From contig NW_024704742.1 in assembly GCF_018977255.1 (NCBI RefSeq), positions 106,890,001 through 106,954,000 of the forward strand: a stretch of DNA of 64,000 bases, read 5' to 3'. The translations under genes were made by a program, and so were the position numbers. The notes below the pieces were generated by a model. The model did no database searches. It was not told where the DNA came from and was given only the letters and a program-made list of their open reading frames with translations. Below, in pieces: positions 1 through 13,310 of this stretch. The stretch is from Callorhinchus milii (lineage: Eukaryota). Positions within the stretch are counted from its first letter, which is position 1. Each line of letters begins with the position of its first letter.

Positions 1-607
1 CATTAACATGTCTCAAAGCGCTTCACAGGATATAGTGTGAAAAGGCTTGACTATGTATTTTGTGGGTTAGTATTAATCTTTCCCTACAAACTCTTCCCAC
101 TGGGGTACAGTTCTATTTTGCAATGTTCAAATACAGTGAGTATAGTTTATTAATAATCTTAAATTTAACCTTAAGCCGTATTAATCTCAAGTAACCACAT
201 TGCTGTCACCCTGCATATCTCGCACTATACATGCAAACTTTCTTCCCTTTTTTTTTACAAACTCTCCCATGACCTATCACTTTTTTTATATAAATAAAAC
301 AGAAAAGTCACAAAGCTGAAGTCTCCTACAATGAAGGAGCATTAATTTTTCAATAAGGGACAACATACTTGTGAAATTAAATGATTGGGCACGGTGATAC
401 ACAAAGGGCTGAAAACAACAACAACAACTTGGATTTATATAGCGCCCTCCACGCCGAAAACAATAAACCAGTTACACAGAATTTTGAGAAGTGAAGCAGG
501 ACGGAACCCCACATCATTGCACAGACGACCTAATCCACTCACTACATTACATACTAATCACTGATATTATGGCGTTCAACCAAATACGTGTATCGCAACA
601 TGTATCG

Positions 608-918
608 ACCGGTTGCATTGAATCGCGGGAAGTGGCATAAGTCGTATCAGTCGTGGGCTGATAATGACTTGCACAAAGTCCGAGTTGTAGGCAAACTGTA
701 TACATCGTACAAAATCCAATTAAATCAATATTCTACAGTGCGCATGAGTAAATTCAGTGTAGCCAGTAAACGCCACGTGATAGTTTGTCACTTTAGTCGT
801 TAAAGTGCCATGCAATGATGGGTCAAGACTTTGTTGCCCGCGATTCAATGCAACTGGCCAATAAGCGTGCGTGCGTCGACTGGTCAGGCATCATTTCACA
901 TGATTCAATGCAGCCGGT
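608..918. mobile_element. Putative MITE / non-autonomous DNA transposon remnant with inverted repeats
   Basis: ccggttgcattgaatcgcggg (609-629) is the reverse complement of 837-857 with 1 mismatch. 608-624 also pairs with 902-918 with 1 mismatch. The segment is CpG-rich relative to its flanks. No clear TSD. Confidence 0.5.
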
Positions 919-1084
919 AAGTGTAGGAGTAATGGACGATAGGGGAGTGGCGTTATGAGTTAAGAGGTCATTAATACGGCTAGTACAAATAAATCTGAAT
1001 GGATTTGATAGCAAACTATTGCCCGACTCTGCCACCGCTTCACCACTCAGGCCGCCGAAACCCTCATAGATGTATTCATTACAA

Positions 1085-1440
1085 CCAGGCTCGACTACAC
1101 TAACGCCCATGCCTCAGAGGATTGAGTTCACAATTCTCATTCTCACCTTCAAAGCCCTCCATGGGCTCAGCCCTTCTACCTCTCTGGCCTGCTAACCCTT
1201 AATCAACCTATCCGCTCCCTCCGCTCAGCAGCCTCCGGCCTGCTCCATGTCCCCCGCCCGGCCTGCCTCACCATTAGTGGTCGGGCCTTCAGCCTCTCTG
1301 CCCCCACCTTCTGGAATTCCATCCCACATTTCCTCCACCTCGCTCCCTCACGTGCCTCCTTCAAGGCACGCCTCAAGAACCTCCTCTTCAACTGTGCCTT
1401 CAAACATTCCCCTACCCTTCCAGCCCTCCACCCTCCCTGA
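1085..1440 (+). mobile_element. Decayed L2 LINE 3' fragment
   Basis: cagaggattgagttcacaattctcattctcaccttcaaagccctccatgg...ggtcgggccttcagc matches the 3' part of the L2 at 12150-12440. Confidence 0.8.
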
Positions 1441-1626
1441 TCCCAAACCACCCCCTTGCATGGTCATGTATGAGGGAGTGTCATGGGCATATTTGTTTGG
1501 AGATCTCCTATAGTTGATGAGCTATATTAAAAAATGCTTTAATTAAGCCCCAAAGTATGAGGTATGCATGGCATTCTGCAACAACGTAGCGACAGAGGAG
1601 ATCACACACCCTTCTAGAGAGATACA

Positions 1627-2183
1627 TCTATACTAATAAAGACAAAATGTCTGTCTGTGTGTCTGCCAATAACGCAATAACCGATTGACGTAGAGACATG
1701 ATTTATACCTCATCGGAAAGGTCTTGCATGAGGGAGTGTCATGGACATATTGTCGATGTGCTATAACTAATCAAGCTCATCACATATGTATGGCAGTTTT
1801 GCTTAAGGTTTGACTACACCAACACCCTGTTTGTCAGCCTTCCCAATTCTTCCTTCCACAAGCTGCAGATTATTCATAACTCTGCAGCTTGTGTCTTCTC
1901 CCACACCAGGCTCTGTGATCCCATCACCCCTACCCTCGCCTGGCTTCACTGGCTCCCCATCCCTCAGAGGACTGAGTTCAAAATTCTTGTCGTCACCTTC
2001 AAAGCCCTCCACGGGCTCAGTCCTTATACTTCTCCGGCCTGCTCACCCCTTATCAACCTGTCCGTTCCTTCCGCTCCACACCGTATTTATGGCATGTTAA
2101 ATGGTTTGTGAGTGGTATCACTGAAATCTACATTCCATATTGGATCTTTTGGTTACAAGTGTAGCTGCAACAGCTACTGCTAG
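1627..2183 (+). mobile_element. Non-autonomous Helitron containing an L2 fragment (about 1805-2080)
   Basis: 5' end A|TCTATACTAATAAAGACAAAATGTCTGTCTGTGTG and 3' end ...cagctactgCTAG|T. These are the canonical Helitron TC/CTAG termini at an A^T target. Internal sequence is repeated at 1455-1510, 2310-2435 and 2967-3012. Confidence 0.65.
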
Positions 2184-2254
2184 TTTTTAATATAGTGCCT
2201 TATCAGGTCATTGAGACATCTCAAAGCGCTTCACAGAATCTTCTATCCATCTTC

Positions 2255-3026
2255 TTCTACCTATATATATATATAGAGAGAGAGAGAGAGGGAGACACTA
2301 ACAAAATGACAATGTCTGTCTGTGCTTCAAGAAGGTTCTAAATAACCGAATGACATAGAGACATGATTTATACCTCATCGTAAAGGTCTTGCACCTAGGA
2401 GTGATGTGGGCATATTTATTTTTGGATATCTCCTCTCGTTCAGCATCAAAGTGGCGCTATGGCATAGTGCGTAACAGAGTACCTACGTATGTACGCACGC
2501 ACTGCAATTACACCTGGTGGCCGCACCAGCTGACCGTGGTGCTGTACATCCTGCAGCACAGAGCACGCACGTAGCCAAGCGGTAGCGGGAATAAAATAAA
2601 GAACACAGATGAAGCTAAGCCGCGGCAACAACAACAAAATTATTTTAAAGCGCCTTTCACGTCGGGAGGACGTCCCAGTGAATCTCGATAATACACTTAT
2701 ATTTATCATTATAAAGCTGCCTAAGCGAAAATCAAACCTTTCAAGGTTAAGTAAAAATGCTAGACAAAAGAGAGAAGCCCATTACATGAAACTGAAGAAA
2801 AAAGAACAGAGCAGCTGCACTTCAATGCTAAAAGGGCTGCAACAGCGTGGCAAAATGAGTTGCCCACTCAAAGAACAGCACGGCCAAAATAAGTCCTCCC
2901 AAAGGAGTCCTCCCAGATGAGTATAGATAAAGATGAAATATCTGTCTGTGTGTCTCTGTGTGTGTTAATCTACATTCCATATTGGATCCTTTGGTTGCAA
3001 GCGAAGCTGTAATGGGTAGAGGTAGT
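2255..3026 (+). mobile_element. Helitron fragments, including a decayed RepHel N-terminal coding remnant (2717-2892) and a mini 5'+3' copy (about 2920-3026)
   Basis: 2310-2435 is homologous to 1645-1752. 2717-2892 reads (L)PKRKSNLSRLSKNARQKR, then a frameshift, then ETEEKRTEQLHFNAKRAATAWQNELPTQRTARPK*, resembling the basic N-terminus and ETxEQR repeats of animal Helitron RepHel. The block appears to interrupt a Deu-SINE (tail 2186-2240, body 3030-3380). Confidence 0.55.
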
Positions 3027-3029
3027 GAA

Positions 3030-3380
3030 TATAAAGTGGATGACTGTGTATTTTGTGGATAAAATGAGGCTGCCAGTTTGCACTCAGCAGTGTTCCACAG
3101 ACAGCCATGGAGTGATTAGCTAATTTTATTTGTGGGATTTGTTGGCCAGGATACCAGGAGAAACTCCCTTCTCTTTTCCAATAGTGATAATAATAATGCT
3201 TGCATTTGATATAGCACCTTATCATGTCTTCTAGACATCTCAAAGCGAGCGCTTCATGGAATATACTCTAAAGTGAATTGACTGTATGTTTTGTGGGTGA
3301 AACATTTCACTCTGCCATGGGATCTTTAATATCCACCTGAACAGGCAGACAGAACCTTGGTTTAAAGTCTCATCTGAAAG
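3030..3380 (-). mobile_element. Deu-domain SINE fragment, itself interrupted by a SINE tail (about 3186-3310)
   Basis: gccatgggatcttta...cacctgaacaggcagac and gttggccaggataccaggagaaactcc are shared with many copies in this window. Confidence 0.7.
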
Positions 3381-6300
3381 TTAAGCATCGAAAAGATGAT
3401 CACAGAGTTTTAAATTTAACAAAGCAGTTTTGAATTTCAGGAAGTAGTTCAATCTTGAGAATTCTTCTGATGTTCCTAAGCAGTTTGAAGTTTACAAATC
3501 CACCACCTTGCAACATACTGAAGGCCATCTGTTCTCACGTTAGAAAGCTCACATCTATAAACTGCGCAATTGTGAAATTACATGAACTCAACTTAACATG
3601 TGTTTATTGATTATTCAGAAGCAGTAGTTTGCACCCCAGGAGCATGCCAGCTCTCGGTGATTTAGTTTATCCAAAACAATTGCTGCAATGAAGCGCTGCT
3701 TATGTAGCTACAGTACTGAAAATGTCATAATTTTCAACCAATGACATAACATTGTAAACTGCCGTTGCCAGTATTGAGGCCACTGTCCTACACTGTTGAG
3801 AAATAGAAAAAGAAAATGATACATTGATGTCTGTGTTAATACTGCACACTGTATCTTGCCAAACTAAATACATTTGACAACATGACAAAACCAGCTTTAA
3901 AACGCATAATGTCACTTAATACCCAGAACTCTGGTAAAAATGCTCCACATTAAATGTCACAGAATCATGACACATTTGCAGCACAGAAGGAGGTCAGTCA
4001 GTTATGTGCTGGTGATGGCTCCCCTCTCCCATTGCACTAATCTAATGCCGGTCTTTTGTTATTTCTCCAAAAAGATGATGCATATACAATCCGTAGGATT
4101 AAGGATTAAGTCTCAAATTACTTAAAAAACTTAAAGCATACATTATTTTTTATCATAGAACATTTAGGGTTATAAAAAAAACTTATTCTCCAAACTAATT
4201 ATCACCTAGCAAGATTTCAAAACATTTTTCACAGATATTCAGCTGCACTGCACGTTCCAATAACCATTAATTGTGGCGAATTTTTTTTACAAAAATGACT
4301 GCAAAATATTCATAGTCCCCATTTCTTCCTACTTCGGCCATCTACAGTATTCCTCTAAAGTCTGTTCCATACAACTCAAAAAAAGGCTTTGGCCTGATAC
4401 TGTAAACAAGCACTGCAATTGTATTAATCCAGTTTATGAGGCTATAGATCAAGAAGGAAGAGATTTATGCACATTTAATGAGCATGAAAGGGAAGAAAGT
4501 CTTTTCAACAAAACCAATATTTTAGAAAACGCTGCATACCGAACATTTTTGCCATTGCTACAATCAATAGCTCGCAGCCTTGAAGGACAATAATGAAATC
4601 CCAGTCATGTGATTACATTCAGTGTACCATCAGTTTCTATACCAATAGAATACAGTAAATTCAGCAGCAGTGGCATATTCCACAATGAATTCTGAATGCT
4701 GAATCTCATTAGAACACCCTAGTGACATTATAGCATTGAGCACACTTCGGTTTGTTCGGCTGCTCATACGAAATGGTAAATTCGTCTGCGTCATCCACCT
4801 TAATTATTCATCCAGTACTTGTTTTCCATAGGGAACCTAAAGGTCGCTGTCTACATAGTATCACAGATATCACAGAGAAATACATGGGGCATGAAGAGTT
4901 GTGCAGAGGATTACAACCTAAACAGAAAAGAACAATGAAAAACAAACTGAATTGCTGGGTGGTGTTCAGAGCTTCTTAGTTTACCAAACTCAATCACTCT
5001 AATCTAAAATTTGGTCCTTGCAAACTGCACTCAGTTTGTCAAAATGATTAATTGACAGAACATTCTGAAGATGTTGAAATCGCACAAATCCTTTGCCTTG
5101 GAAAGTATTCAAGAGCGAGGGAGTTCGTAAACACGGTTCGCAATGTTCAACCGAATGCCATAGATAAAGGTTAATTGAGACAATAATTTTTCTTCTCATT
5201 TGCACAAAATGGCAGAATACCTCAGGGAGCTGCTAAGCAGACTGTACTTGTTACGATTAGCCTACTCTGCTAAAATTGCTAAGATTAACATTAAAGTGAA
5301 AAAGAGATTATAATTTCGTTTTAATGGGATCCCTTTTGGACCTTGCAGCTTATAAATTGAGCTACCATAATATTTGGAGAAATGCATCAGTTATTGTCAT
5401 TTAATTCTCCAGTATGTACAAATCATCTTCTCTGTCAAAACACTTATTACGCCAGAGCCTTTTACGGTTACGACTAACAGCACTGCAGGCTTACTGCCTA
5501 AAAATAATAATTTTTTTGTGCGAGTGAATTTGAATCTTTAAATCCCACCTGAATGCTGCTTAAAAACAATTTGAGTTATAGTTTAAAAAAGTCCTGAAGT
5601 GGCCCCCTTAGTTGATCAAGTGAGTGCCTGAGACAGAGGGGAATTTGGTACTGCAGGACTCGCGGTCTGCGTTGAAGTGTTGATGTATGAACGAGGCTGA
5701 GATCAGGTTTGGCTGTTGGAACCCCACCTCTCTTCCCCATCCCTAGTCTTTGTCAACCGTTGTGCTGACATTCACCATCAAAGCTCCCACATGAATAATG
5801 GTCAATTGGACAAGACACCAGAAGCTAATTGGCACCCAGTGTAACTGTGTCCCTGCAGGCAGCAAGCAAAAGCAACAAGAAAACAGGAGAGCTGGAGAAA
5901 AGTGGAGAAATCTGCTTGGAAAATAAATTCCTAGAGGCTGGATCAAAAGGGTTAAAATCAGATCACCACTAAACCTGCAGGCAATGTTATCAGTGTGAAG
6001 CACTGAAGCTATCCACAGATTTTGTAAGATTTTGTGTGTACACTAAAACATCATGATTGCTTTGAGTCTCAATTTTCCACACATCACCCTCCCCGTGCCC
6101 ACACACACAAAAATAATTTTCACCATTAAAAAACAAGAATTTCCATGTCCCCACCCGAAGGTAGATAACTATCAATCATTAAATCTCTCTCTCCCCCTGT
6201 CCCCCATAAAAAAAACAATTTGGACCTGAAAAGCAAGTAGTTAGACAGATCAAGTTGCTCACGACCTGAATTGGTGCTTAGATTGTTGCTAATAAGGAAG

Positions 6301-9300
6301 CTGGTGTGACTGTACCAATCCAGTCGTGAAAATATAGCACTGTAAGAAAGCACACGGTGTAACTCAGTGAGCAATACAGAGCAAAACAAACTTGCTTTTT
6401 AAAAAAATATTTTTTTCCCATCCAATGGAATGTGACAGTACGTTTTTGCAATAAGTGATCCAGAGTGAAAAATTAAAACTAATTTAACATGACTGGCGCT
6501 AGTGTCAAAGGGCTCTGTGCCACGCTTTCTGCTCGAGATTCCTCACCAGATTGTCAATGGCCCACAATCCTCAGAGCAGGCACGTCCCAAGGGAAGTGGG
6601 GGGAGTGGGGGAGAGGGGGCATGTAAAAAGGCAGATAGATCAGCCCTTCCCTACACATCCCGGGAGACAGTTTCAGGACATCACAGAGAGGTCAAAGGCT
6701 AATGAATGATTTGTGGTGAATGGAGAATGACAAAAGACAAGTAAAAGCGAGTCACAATATAATGTTGGCACTTTCAATACTTACAGTACGCAGCACATAA
6801 TTAATGCCTTGCTATTGGTAGCATTCTTCCACAGGAAAATGTGTTTAAGCAAGCGTCAATTCCTCCTAAGTACATGTAATCCTTGTGGGGGTGTTCCTAC
6901 TAAGACACTTCTGCTGCATAAGGAGGTCAGGTCACAACCAGCAATTTCATTGGTCTGTGCTGAACGAACTTCAGGAAGCCTGCAAGAAGAACGCTGTGTC
7001 TTGATTTGCATGCAACTGGGTACTTTTGCAGCAAAAAAAAAGCATTCGACAGAGAAGCTTGTGTAAAATCTGAAAAAACTCATGCCAGCCTCTGACAGCA
7101 CCTGCTCCCACCTACAGCGAATGGCTTAGAGTTTGGGAATTGTCAGTCACTCAAAGCATAATTCACAGTTAGGATCAGCTGGGATCAGATTAGCCGGGCT
7201 GCTACAAAAGCAATGCTGTCTCACAGCAGTGGAATACTCCACCCCAAGCGAGGTGAATAAATACAGGCAGCAACAGCCTCTTATCATTAAATCATCTCTC
7301 CCAAAACTTTTTAAGTCTACTTTTCAAAACCTTTTGAAATCTACCTTTACGTTAAAGACTCAACTGTAGTATTTATTATAGATGACAAGACTGCAGAACA
7401 CAGTCATAATTCCAAAACACAAAGCAACAACAAACGCATATTGTTTTGTTTCAATGCCTTGTGACGTCCTCCCGACATGAAAGGCACTATACCAATGGAA
7501 TTTACTGTTGTTGTTTTAAAATGGTATAATTGTACTGTTTAACAGCAACTGCGAGATGCAATTTCTGACAAGTCAGTGGACTTGCGACATCAACATACAA
7601 AACAAAAGGTTTGTATACTATCCCTACCCCTTGAAATCATTCAATTTTTTTACATCCTCTGCAATCTCTACTTGCTTGTAACTAAGGCACGTTGGGAGGG
7701 AACTAACGGTTCTGTCAAAAAGTCTTAAAGCTGATGTCGAATTAGAGAAGATAAACACTTTGTCTGAGCAGTTCTGTTGTCTGGGCAGGCGTTCGCTGAA
7801 GTTAATCTTGGAATAAGATTCTTTTGTATCATTGCTGAATTTCCTTGCCATAGACTAACATCTCTTGTTCCATATTAAAATCTATACAAATTTCCTTTTT
7901 TTGAAAAAAATCCATAAATGGGTCAACATGCATTATAATGAAACTAACTGGATTTACACAAGCCTTATTGTGAGACTCAGTCTCATGGGCCCATTCTTTG
8001 CTTGTGCTCTTTGTTAATCCTTCAATTTCCTCCGATCTATAAAGTTCAGGAATAAATTTACCACAAGACTGCTCAGTTATAGACCAACCAGAAACACTAT
8101 TGCAACTATAGCACAACAAAAACAGGAACAGTCAACCTGTTAAAGAAACCATCTCCATTTGGCAACCATCTGTTATCAACAACTACCCCCCCACCCCCAC
8201 CAACCAATTATCCATAACAAACCACCTCTATTCAGCAACCACATGCCTAATGCAACCAATGGCCATTTTTTTTAGCCTCGTCGGTGTACAGACATCATAT
8301 TCAGTGGCCAGTTCTAAGTGAAGCAAATCAGAACAGGCAGACGGGGCCCCAGTTTAATGTCTCATCCAAAGGACAGCACCTCCAACAAGGTACCCCACCT
8401 CCGACACCACCCCACCCACCCCCAACACTGAGGCAAGAGTGCTACCGACTGAACCACCCTGACACAGAAGAGATTCAACCACTAATGATGGGATGGAGTG
8501 AGACACAAGCAATGGTACTGCTCTATGTAGTTTAAGTTGCTGTGTTCCATTTTTACATTAGCAATGACTGAGAACGACCACAAATTGTTACCTTGCTCCA
8601 AGGGAGTTTCATGCCAATTATTTTCTTTATGCACAAGTGATCTGAACCTAAATTGACAGATCGGAGGAACAGTTCAGGTTATTGTCCTTTCCATCCAAGC
8701 TCACAAAACAAAAGTGACAATGTCCATGAAATAATGTACGCATTGAACTATTGTGTTTTTAAACAGCATTCTTTTAAATAGACTTTATTCCATGTTAAAA
8801 AAAGACTTGCTAAATTCCTGGGTCGTTGAATCTTGAAAGGAGCTCAGAGGTTGTTCGGCAACTGTTCTCAGTCATTCAAAATCCTCTCAAATTAAACTTT
8901 AACAGAAAAACACATACAACCAAAATGTCAACCTAATAATGTAAAAGATATAGTGTTTATCAGGCTCACCCTCTCAGTTGCACCTCACTGCTGTGTTTTA
9001 TGCTATGCTACAGTGGGCAAGCAGATGCCTGGGAACAGGCATCCTGTGGCAGAGTGGTGGCGAATCAGTCGGCAATATAACAAGACAAACATGACTCCTA
9101 TTTCATTTCATCATTGAGGAACCAGTGCAGAAAAGGTCTTTTTTTCCAGGTAGTCTCTTACATTTACCCATGTTAAAATCCAACTGTCATTCCTTAGCAC
9201 TGGTGCCACTGTTTAGCAAGTCAAAAACACACCCTCTCTGGAGCAAGAAACACTTACAGATGGAGAAAAAAACACTTATCTTCAAATGCTCGTTTTTCAT

Positions 9301-10112
9301 AACTTGAAACTAGGAAAGAGTTGATCCTAGCAAGAACGGACTGTATTGTAGTTTATCCCTCTGCATCTCCTCATTCCCCCTTTGGCCACTGACTGACGCT
9401 CTATCTTATCAGTGTTGAGTTAGTTAGTTCGCTACATTAAACTAAAAAGGTGACTGTTGCCAAGTGAAGAATGATTTGATCCCTTGTTGCCAAGACAGAA
9501 CAATCACAATCTTATGAATATCAAGTGTACAAAACATCTTATAATGCAGAAGTAGATACTCAAGTATTTTCAATCCACAAGCTACTTAAATACTAGTCAG
9601 ATATTTATAATATTTAGTTTACTGTACATACATAAAATACACTTCACAGTTGTCTTACTATATACAATGTAGCATAAAAATAACGTACAAGCTCAAAGCG
9701 CTTTGAAATTATCCGCCTGATGTGAAAGGTGCCATACAAATGTAAATTCTATTGTACTGTGTCAATACCAGTTGGAGGTTTTTTTTGGTAACTCAAGGTA
9801 TCATTTAACACATTAAGTAAGCTACGCAAATCTTTAAAACCAACAATTACTCCACACGATCCCAATAGACATTTCTGGCAGGTAAAGTAAATCACATCTG
9901 CATTTGGTTACTGAGTAAATGACAGTCCATTATTACTAAACCGGTCACAAAGCCAATCAAAAGACAACTTCATGTAAATTAGTTCTATTCCTATTCAAAA
10001 AAAAATTCTGAAAGGTGTGGTAGTTAATGTCGCCTCTGGTTAACAGCCTGCAAAGCGCTGGATCAAAAAGCATATGGTACCTTTGCTAATTGTAAATGAT
10101 TCTGTCATTCTT

Positions 10113-12431
10113 TCCCTACACATAAACTCCCCCACTCACAGTCACGGCCACCCACTCGATTTGGTGATCACCCGGGGCCTCAGTGTCTCGGATGTCACTA
10201 TTACCGACAAGGCCATCTCCGACCACTACTTCATCTCCTTCACCACCTCCACCCCCCTCCCCACCTCCACCAGACCCACCACCATCTTCTACCGCCCTTG
10301 GAAGAAGTTACCCCCACAATCCCTAACCGATGCCTTGGAGTCCTCTGAACTCCTCTCCCTCTGGCCTTCAACCCTCACCGACCCCTCTTCTCCTCTCTCC
10401 CTCCTCCACAATATCCTCTCCTCCACACTCGATACTCTTGCCCCCATCACTTCCCGCACTGTCTCCTACTCCCGCTCCTCCCCCTGGTACACCACCCACC
10501 TCCGCTCACTGAAATGCCAGGTGCGGGCTGCTGAGCGCACCTTTGTCAAATCCGGCTTAACGGTCCACCGACAAATCTGGCTGGACCTCCTCAAAATTTA
10601 CCGCTCCACTCTAGCCTCGGCCAAGTCGTCCTTCTACTCCAGGATAATCCTGGAGGCGAAGAACAACCCCAGGCTACTGTTTTCCACCACATCCCGACTC
10701 CTCCGTCCCCCCCGCCACCCCGCGCAGGTCATCTCCTCCAACCTTCACTGCGAGGAGATGCTGGATTTCCTTGAATCCAAGATCAAGGGAATCCGCTCCG
10801 CGGTCACTTCCCCTCCAACTTCCACCCACCACCCACCCCTTCCCTCCCACACTCCGACTCCTACCCATCCTCCCCTACACACCTTCGTACCCGTTTCCCC
10901 ACCCTCTGTCACTGAACTCATCCTATCCCTAAAACCAACCACCTGCTCCCTTGACCCCATCCCCACTCCACTCCTTATCTCCCAGCTCCATTTTCTTGCC
11001 CCACACATCACTGACATCATAAACCTGTCCCTCTCCTCTGGCTCTGTCCCCATTCCATTAAAAACTGCCATCATCACGCCCACCCTGAAAAAACCCTCCC
11101 TTGATGCGTCGCAGCTATCAAGCTACCGGCCCATCTCCAACCTCCCCTTTCTCTCCAAGGTCTTGGAAAGAGTTGTCGCCTCCCAACTGCGCTCTTTCCT
11201 CTCCACCCATTCTCTTTTTGAACCCCTTCAGTCAGGTTTCCGTGCTGCTCATAGCACAGAAACTGCCCTGGTCAAGGTCACCAATGATATCCTGACCATC
11301 TGTGACCAGGGCTCCCTCTGTCTCCTCGTCCTCCTCGACCTATCGGCAGCATTCGATACGGTCGACCACGCTATCCTACTCCACCGCTTGTCCTCCCACC
11401 TCAACCTTCAAGGCACTGTCCTTGAATGGTTTAGGTCGTACCTTTCTCACCGTCTTCACTTCGTCTCAACGAATGGCTTCTCCTCCACCCCCCGTACTGT
11501 CTCATGTGGTGTCCCTCAGGGCTCTGTCCTCGGTCCCCTCCTCTTCACCCTCTATATGCTCCCCCTTGGTGACATCATCCGCAAACATGGGGTTAACTTC
11601 CACATGTATGCGGATGACACCCAACTCTACCTTTCCTCCTCTACTCTCAACTCCACGACCACCGATGTCCTGACAGCCTGCCTGTCCGACATCGAGTCCT
11701 GGACGAGAGACAACTTTCTTCAGCTCAACGTGCAAAAAACCGAGGCCCTCCTGATTGGCTCACGTCAGCGCCTCCGCACCTCAGGCGCTGACACCATCAG
11801 CATCCAAGGCTGCACTCTCCACCTCTCAAAGCCAGTCAGGAACCTCGGCGTTTTGTTCGACCCTGAGCTGTCCTTTCTCCCTCACATCCGCACCACAACT
11901 GGCACCGCCTTCCATCACCTCCGGAATATCGCCAGATTACGGCACTACCTCACCCCTCACGCTGCTGAAACCCTGGTTCACGCCTTTGTCACCTCAAGGC
12001 TGGACTATGGGAACTCTCTCCTCGCCGGCCTTCCCGCCACCTCCCTCCACAAGCTGCAGGTCATTCAGAACTCTGCAGCTCGTGTACTGTCCCGCACCAG
12101 GCTTCGGGACCACATCACTCCCACCCTCGCTCGCCTCCACTGGCTCCCCATCCCCCAGAGGATTGATTTCAAGATCCTCATCCTCACCTACAAGGCCATT
12201 CACGGCCTTGCTCCCTCCTACCTCTCCAACCTACTATCCCCCTACCTACCTGCCCGTACCCTCCGTTCCTCTGGCTCCGGTCTGCTCCACGTCCCCCGCC
12301 CCAACCGCCCTACTATCGGTGGTCGGGCCTTCAGCCTCTCAGCCCCGAGGCTCTGGAACTCCATCCCCCAGTGCCTTCGCCGCTTCCTCCCTTTCCTCCT
12401 TCAAGGCCGGTCTCAAAACCTTTCTCTTTGA
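10113..12431 (+). CDS. L2 ORF2 fragment: C-terminal part of the APE endonuclease plus reverse transcriptase (5' truncated; the ATG at 10074 lies in flanking DNA)
   Basis: Motifs PTH..GH.LDLV and SDH (APE); [55 protein letters not shown] (RT); and LHWLP. Confidence 0.92.
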   Translation, partial: SLHINSPTHSHGHPLDLVITRGLSVSDVTITDKAISDHYFISFTTSTPLPTSTRPTTIFYRPWKKLPPQSLTDALESSELLSLWPSTLTDPSSPLSLLHNILSSTLDTLAPITSRTVSYSRSSPWYTTHLRSLKCQVRAAERTFVKSGLTVHRQIWLDLLKIYRSTLASAKSSFYSRIILEAKNNPRLLFSTTSRLLRPPRHPAQVISSNLHCEEMLDFLESKIKGIRSAVTSPPTSTHHPPLPSHTPTPTHPPLHTFVPVSPPSVTELILSLKPTTCSLDPIPTPLLISQLHFLAPHITDIINLSLSSGSVPIPLKTAIITPTLKKPSLDASQLSSYRPISNLPFLSKVLERVVASQLRSFLSTHSLFEPLQSGFRAAHSTETALVKVTNDILTICDQGSLCLLVLLDLSAAFDTVDHAILLHRLSSHLNLQGTVLEWFRSYLSHRLHFVSTNGFSSTPRTVSCGVPQGSVLGPLLFTLYMLPLGDIIRKHGVNFHMYADDTQLYLSSSTLNSTTTDVLTACLSDIESWTRDNFLQLNVQKTEALLIGSRQRLRTSGADTISIQGCTLHLSKPVRNLGVLFDPELSFLPHIRTTTGTAFHHLRNIARLRHYLTPHAAETLVHAFVTSRLDYGNSLLAGLPATSLHKLQVIQNSAARVLSRTRLRDHITPTLARLHWLPIPQRIDFKILILTYKAIHGLAPSYLSNLLSPYLPARTLRSSGSGLLHVPRPNRPTIGGRAFSLSAPRLWNSIPQCLRRFLPFLLQGRSQNLSL

Positions 12432-12646
12432 CCGTGCCTTCAGCTCCCCTCTCGACTCTCTTCCTCCTCCTCGCTCCCTCCCTTCCCTCCCCTCACCCTG
12501 ACCATTTCCCCCTCCTCTCTCCCTCCCTTCCCTCCCCTCACCCTGACCATTTCCCCCCTGCTCGGGTCATGACCCAACTGTGCAGCGCCTTGGGACGTCC
12601 TCCTGACGTGAAAGGCGCTCTATAAATGGAATCTTGTTGTTGTTGT
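10113..12646 (+). mobile_element. Young 5'-truncated L2-clade LINE
   Basis: Continuous ORF2, a C-rich 3' UTR, and the tail cagcgccttgggacgtcctcctgacgtgaaaggcgctctataaatggaatc(ttg)n. Possible short TSD attctt at 10107-10112 and 12647-12652. Confidence 0.95.
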
Positions 12647-12829
12647 ATTCTTCACCTATCAGAAAGTATCTCTGGGATTCGAGACAACAATCTCAAATCG
12701 CTGAGATAAACCTCTGCCCCACACAATTAATTGTAACTGCAGCTTTTGTTAAACTGAAAGCATATTTGAATTAAGAACTTTTGGAAGAAGTGGGAGACAT
12801 AAGCCATAAAGACCAAAAGTGTACTCAGA

Positions 12830-12950
12830 CGCTGTTGAATGAGACCAAAACCGAAATCCCGTCTGCCTGTTCACGTGAATGTTAAAGATCCCATGGCACA
12901 ATTCGAAAAGTGAAGGGAATTTGTTCCAGCGTCCTGGCCAACAACTCCCC
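12830..12950 (+). mobile_element. Deu-domain SINE fragment
   Basis: cccgtctgcctgttcacgtgaatgttaaagatcccatggcac...gtcctggccaaca. Confidence 0.7.
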
Positions 12951-13202
12951 AAACACAGTGCCAACCCTTCCCTCGCTGGCTCCCCCACACACTGTCAAAT
13001 CCTCCTTTCCTGCTCCTCAAACACAGTGCCAACCTCTCCCTCCCTGCGCGGCTCCCCACTCTCCCCACACACACACACACACACACACAAAGTACCAACC
13101 TCTCCCTCCCTGCGCGGCTCCCCACTCTCCCCACTCTCCCCACACACACACACACACACACAAAGTACCAACCTCTCCCTCCCTGCGCGGCTCCCCACTC
13201 TC

Positions 13203-13238
<36 letters not shown>

Positions 13239-13276
13239 GTACCAACCTCTCCCTCCCTGCGCGGCTCCCCACTCTC

Positions 13277-13310
<34 letters not shown>

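Noticed and set aside
7624..8140. Overlapping minus-strand ORFs (96 and 75 aa) after an acceptor-like site
   Set aside because: No recognisable domain and the frames are discontinuous. I cannot support a CDS or pseudogene without a homology search.
9024..9043. 8-bp stem with a GGAA loop
   Set aside because: Short enough to arise by chance in 64 kb, with no supporting context.
11755..12501. 248-aa Ser/Pro-rich ORF and other alternative-frame ORFs in the L2
   Set aside because: Shadow frames of C-rich L2 ORF2. Only its last part carries the true frameshifted C-terminus.
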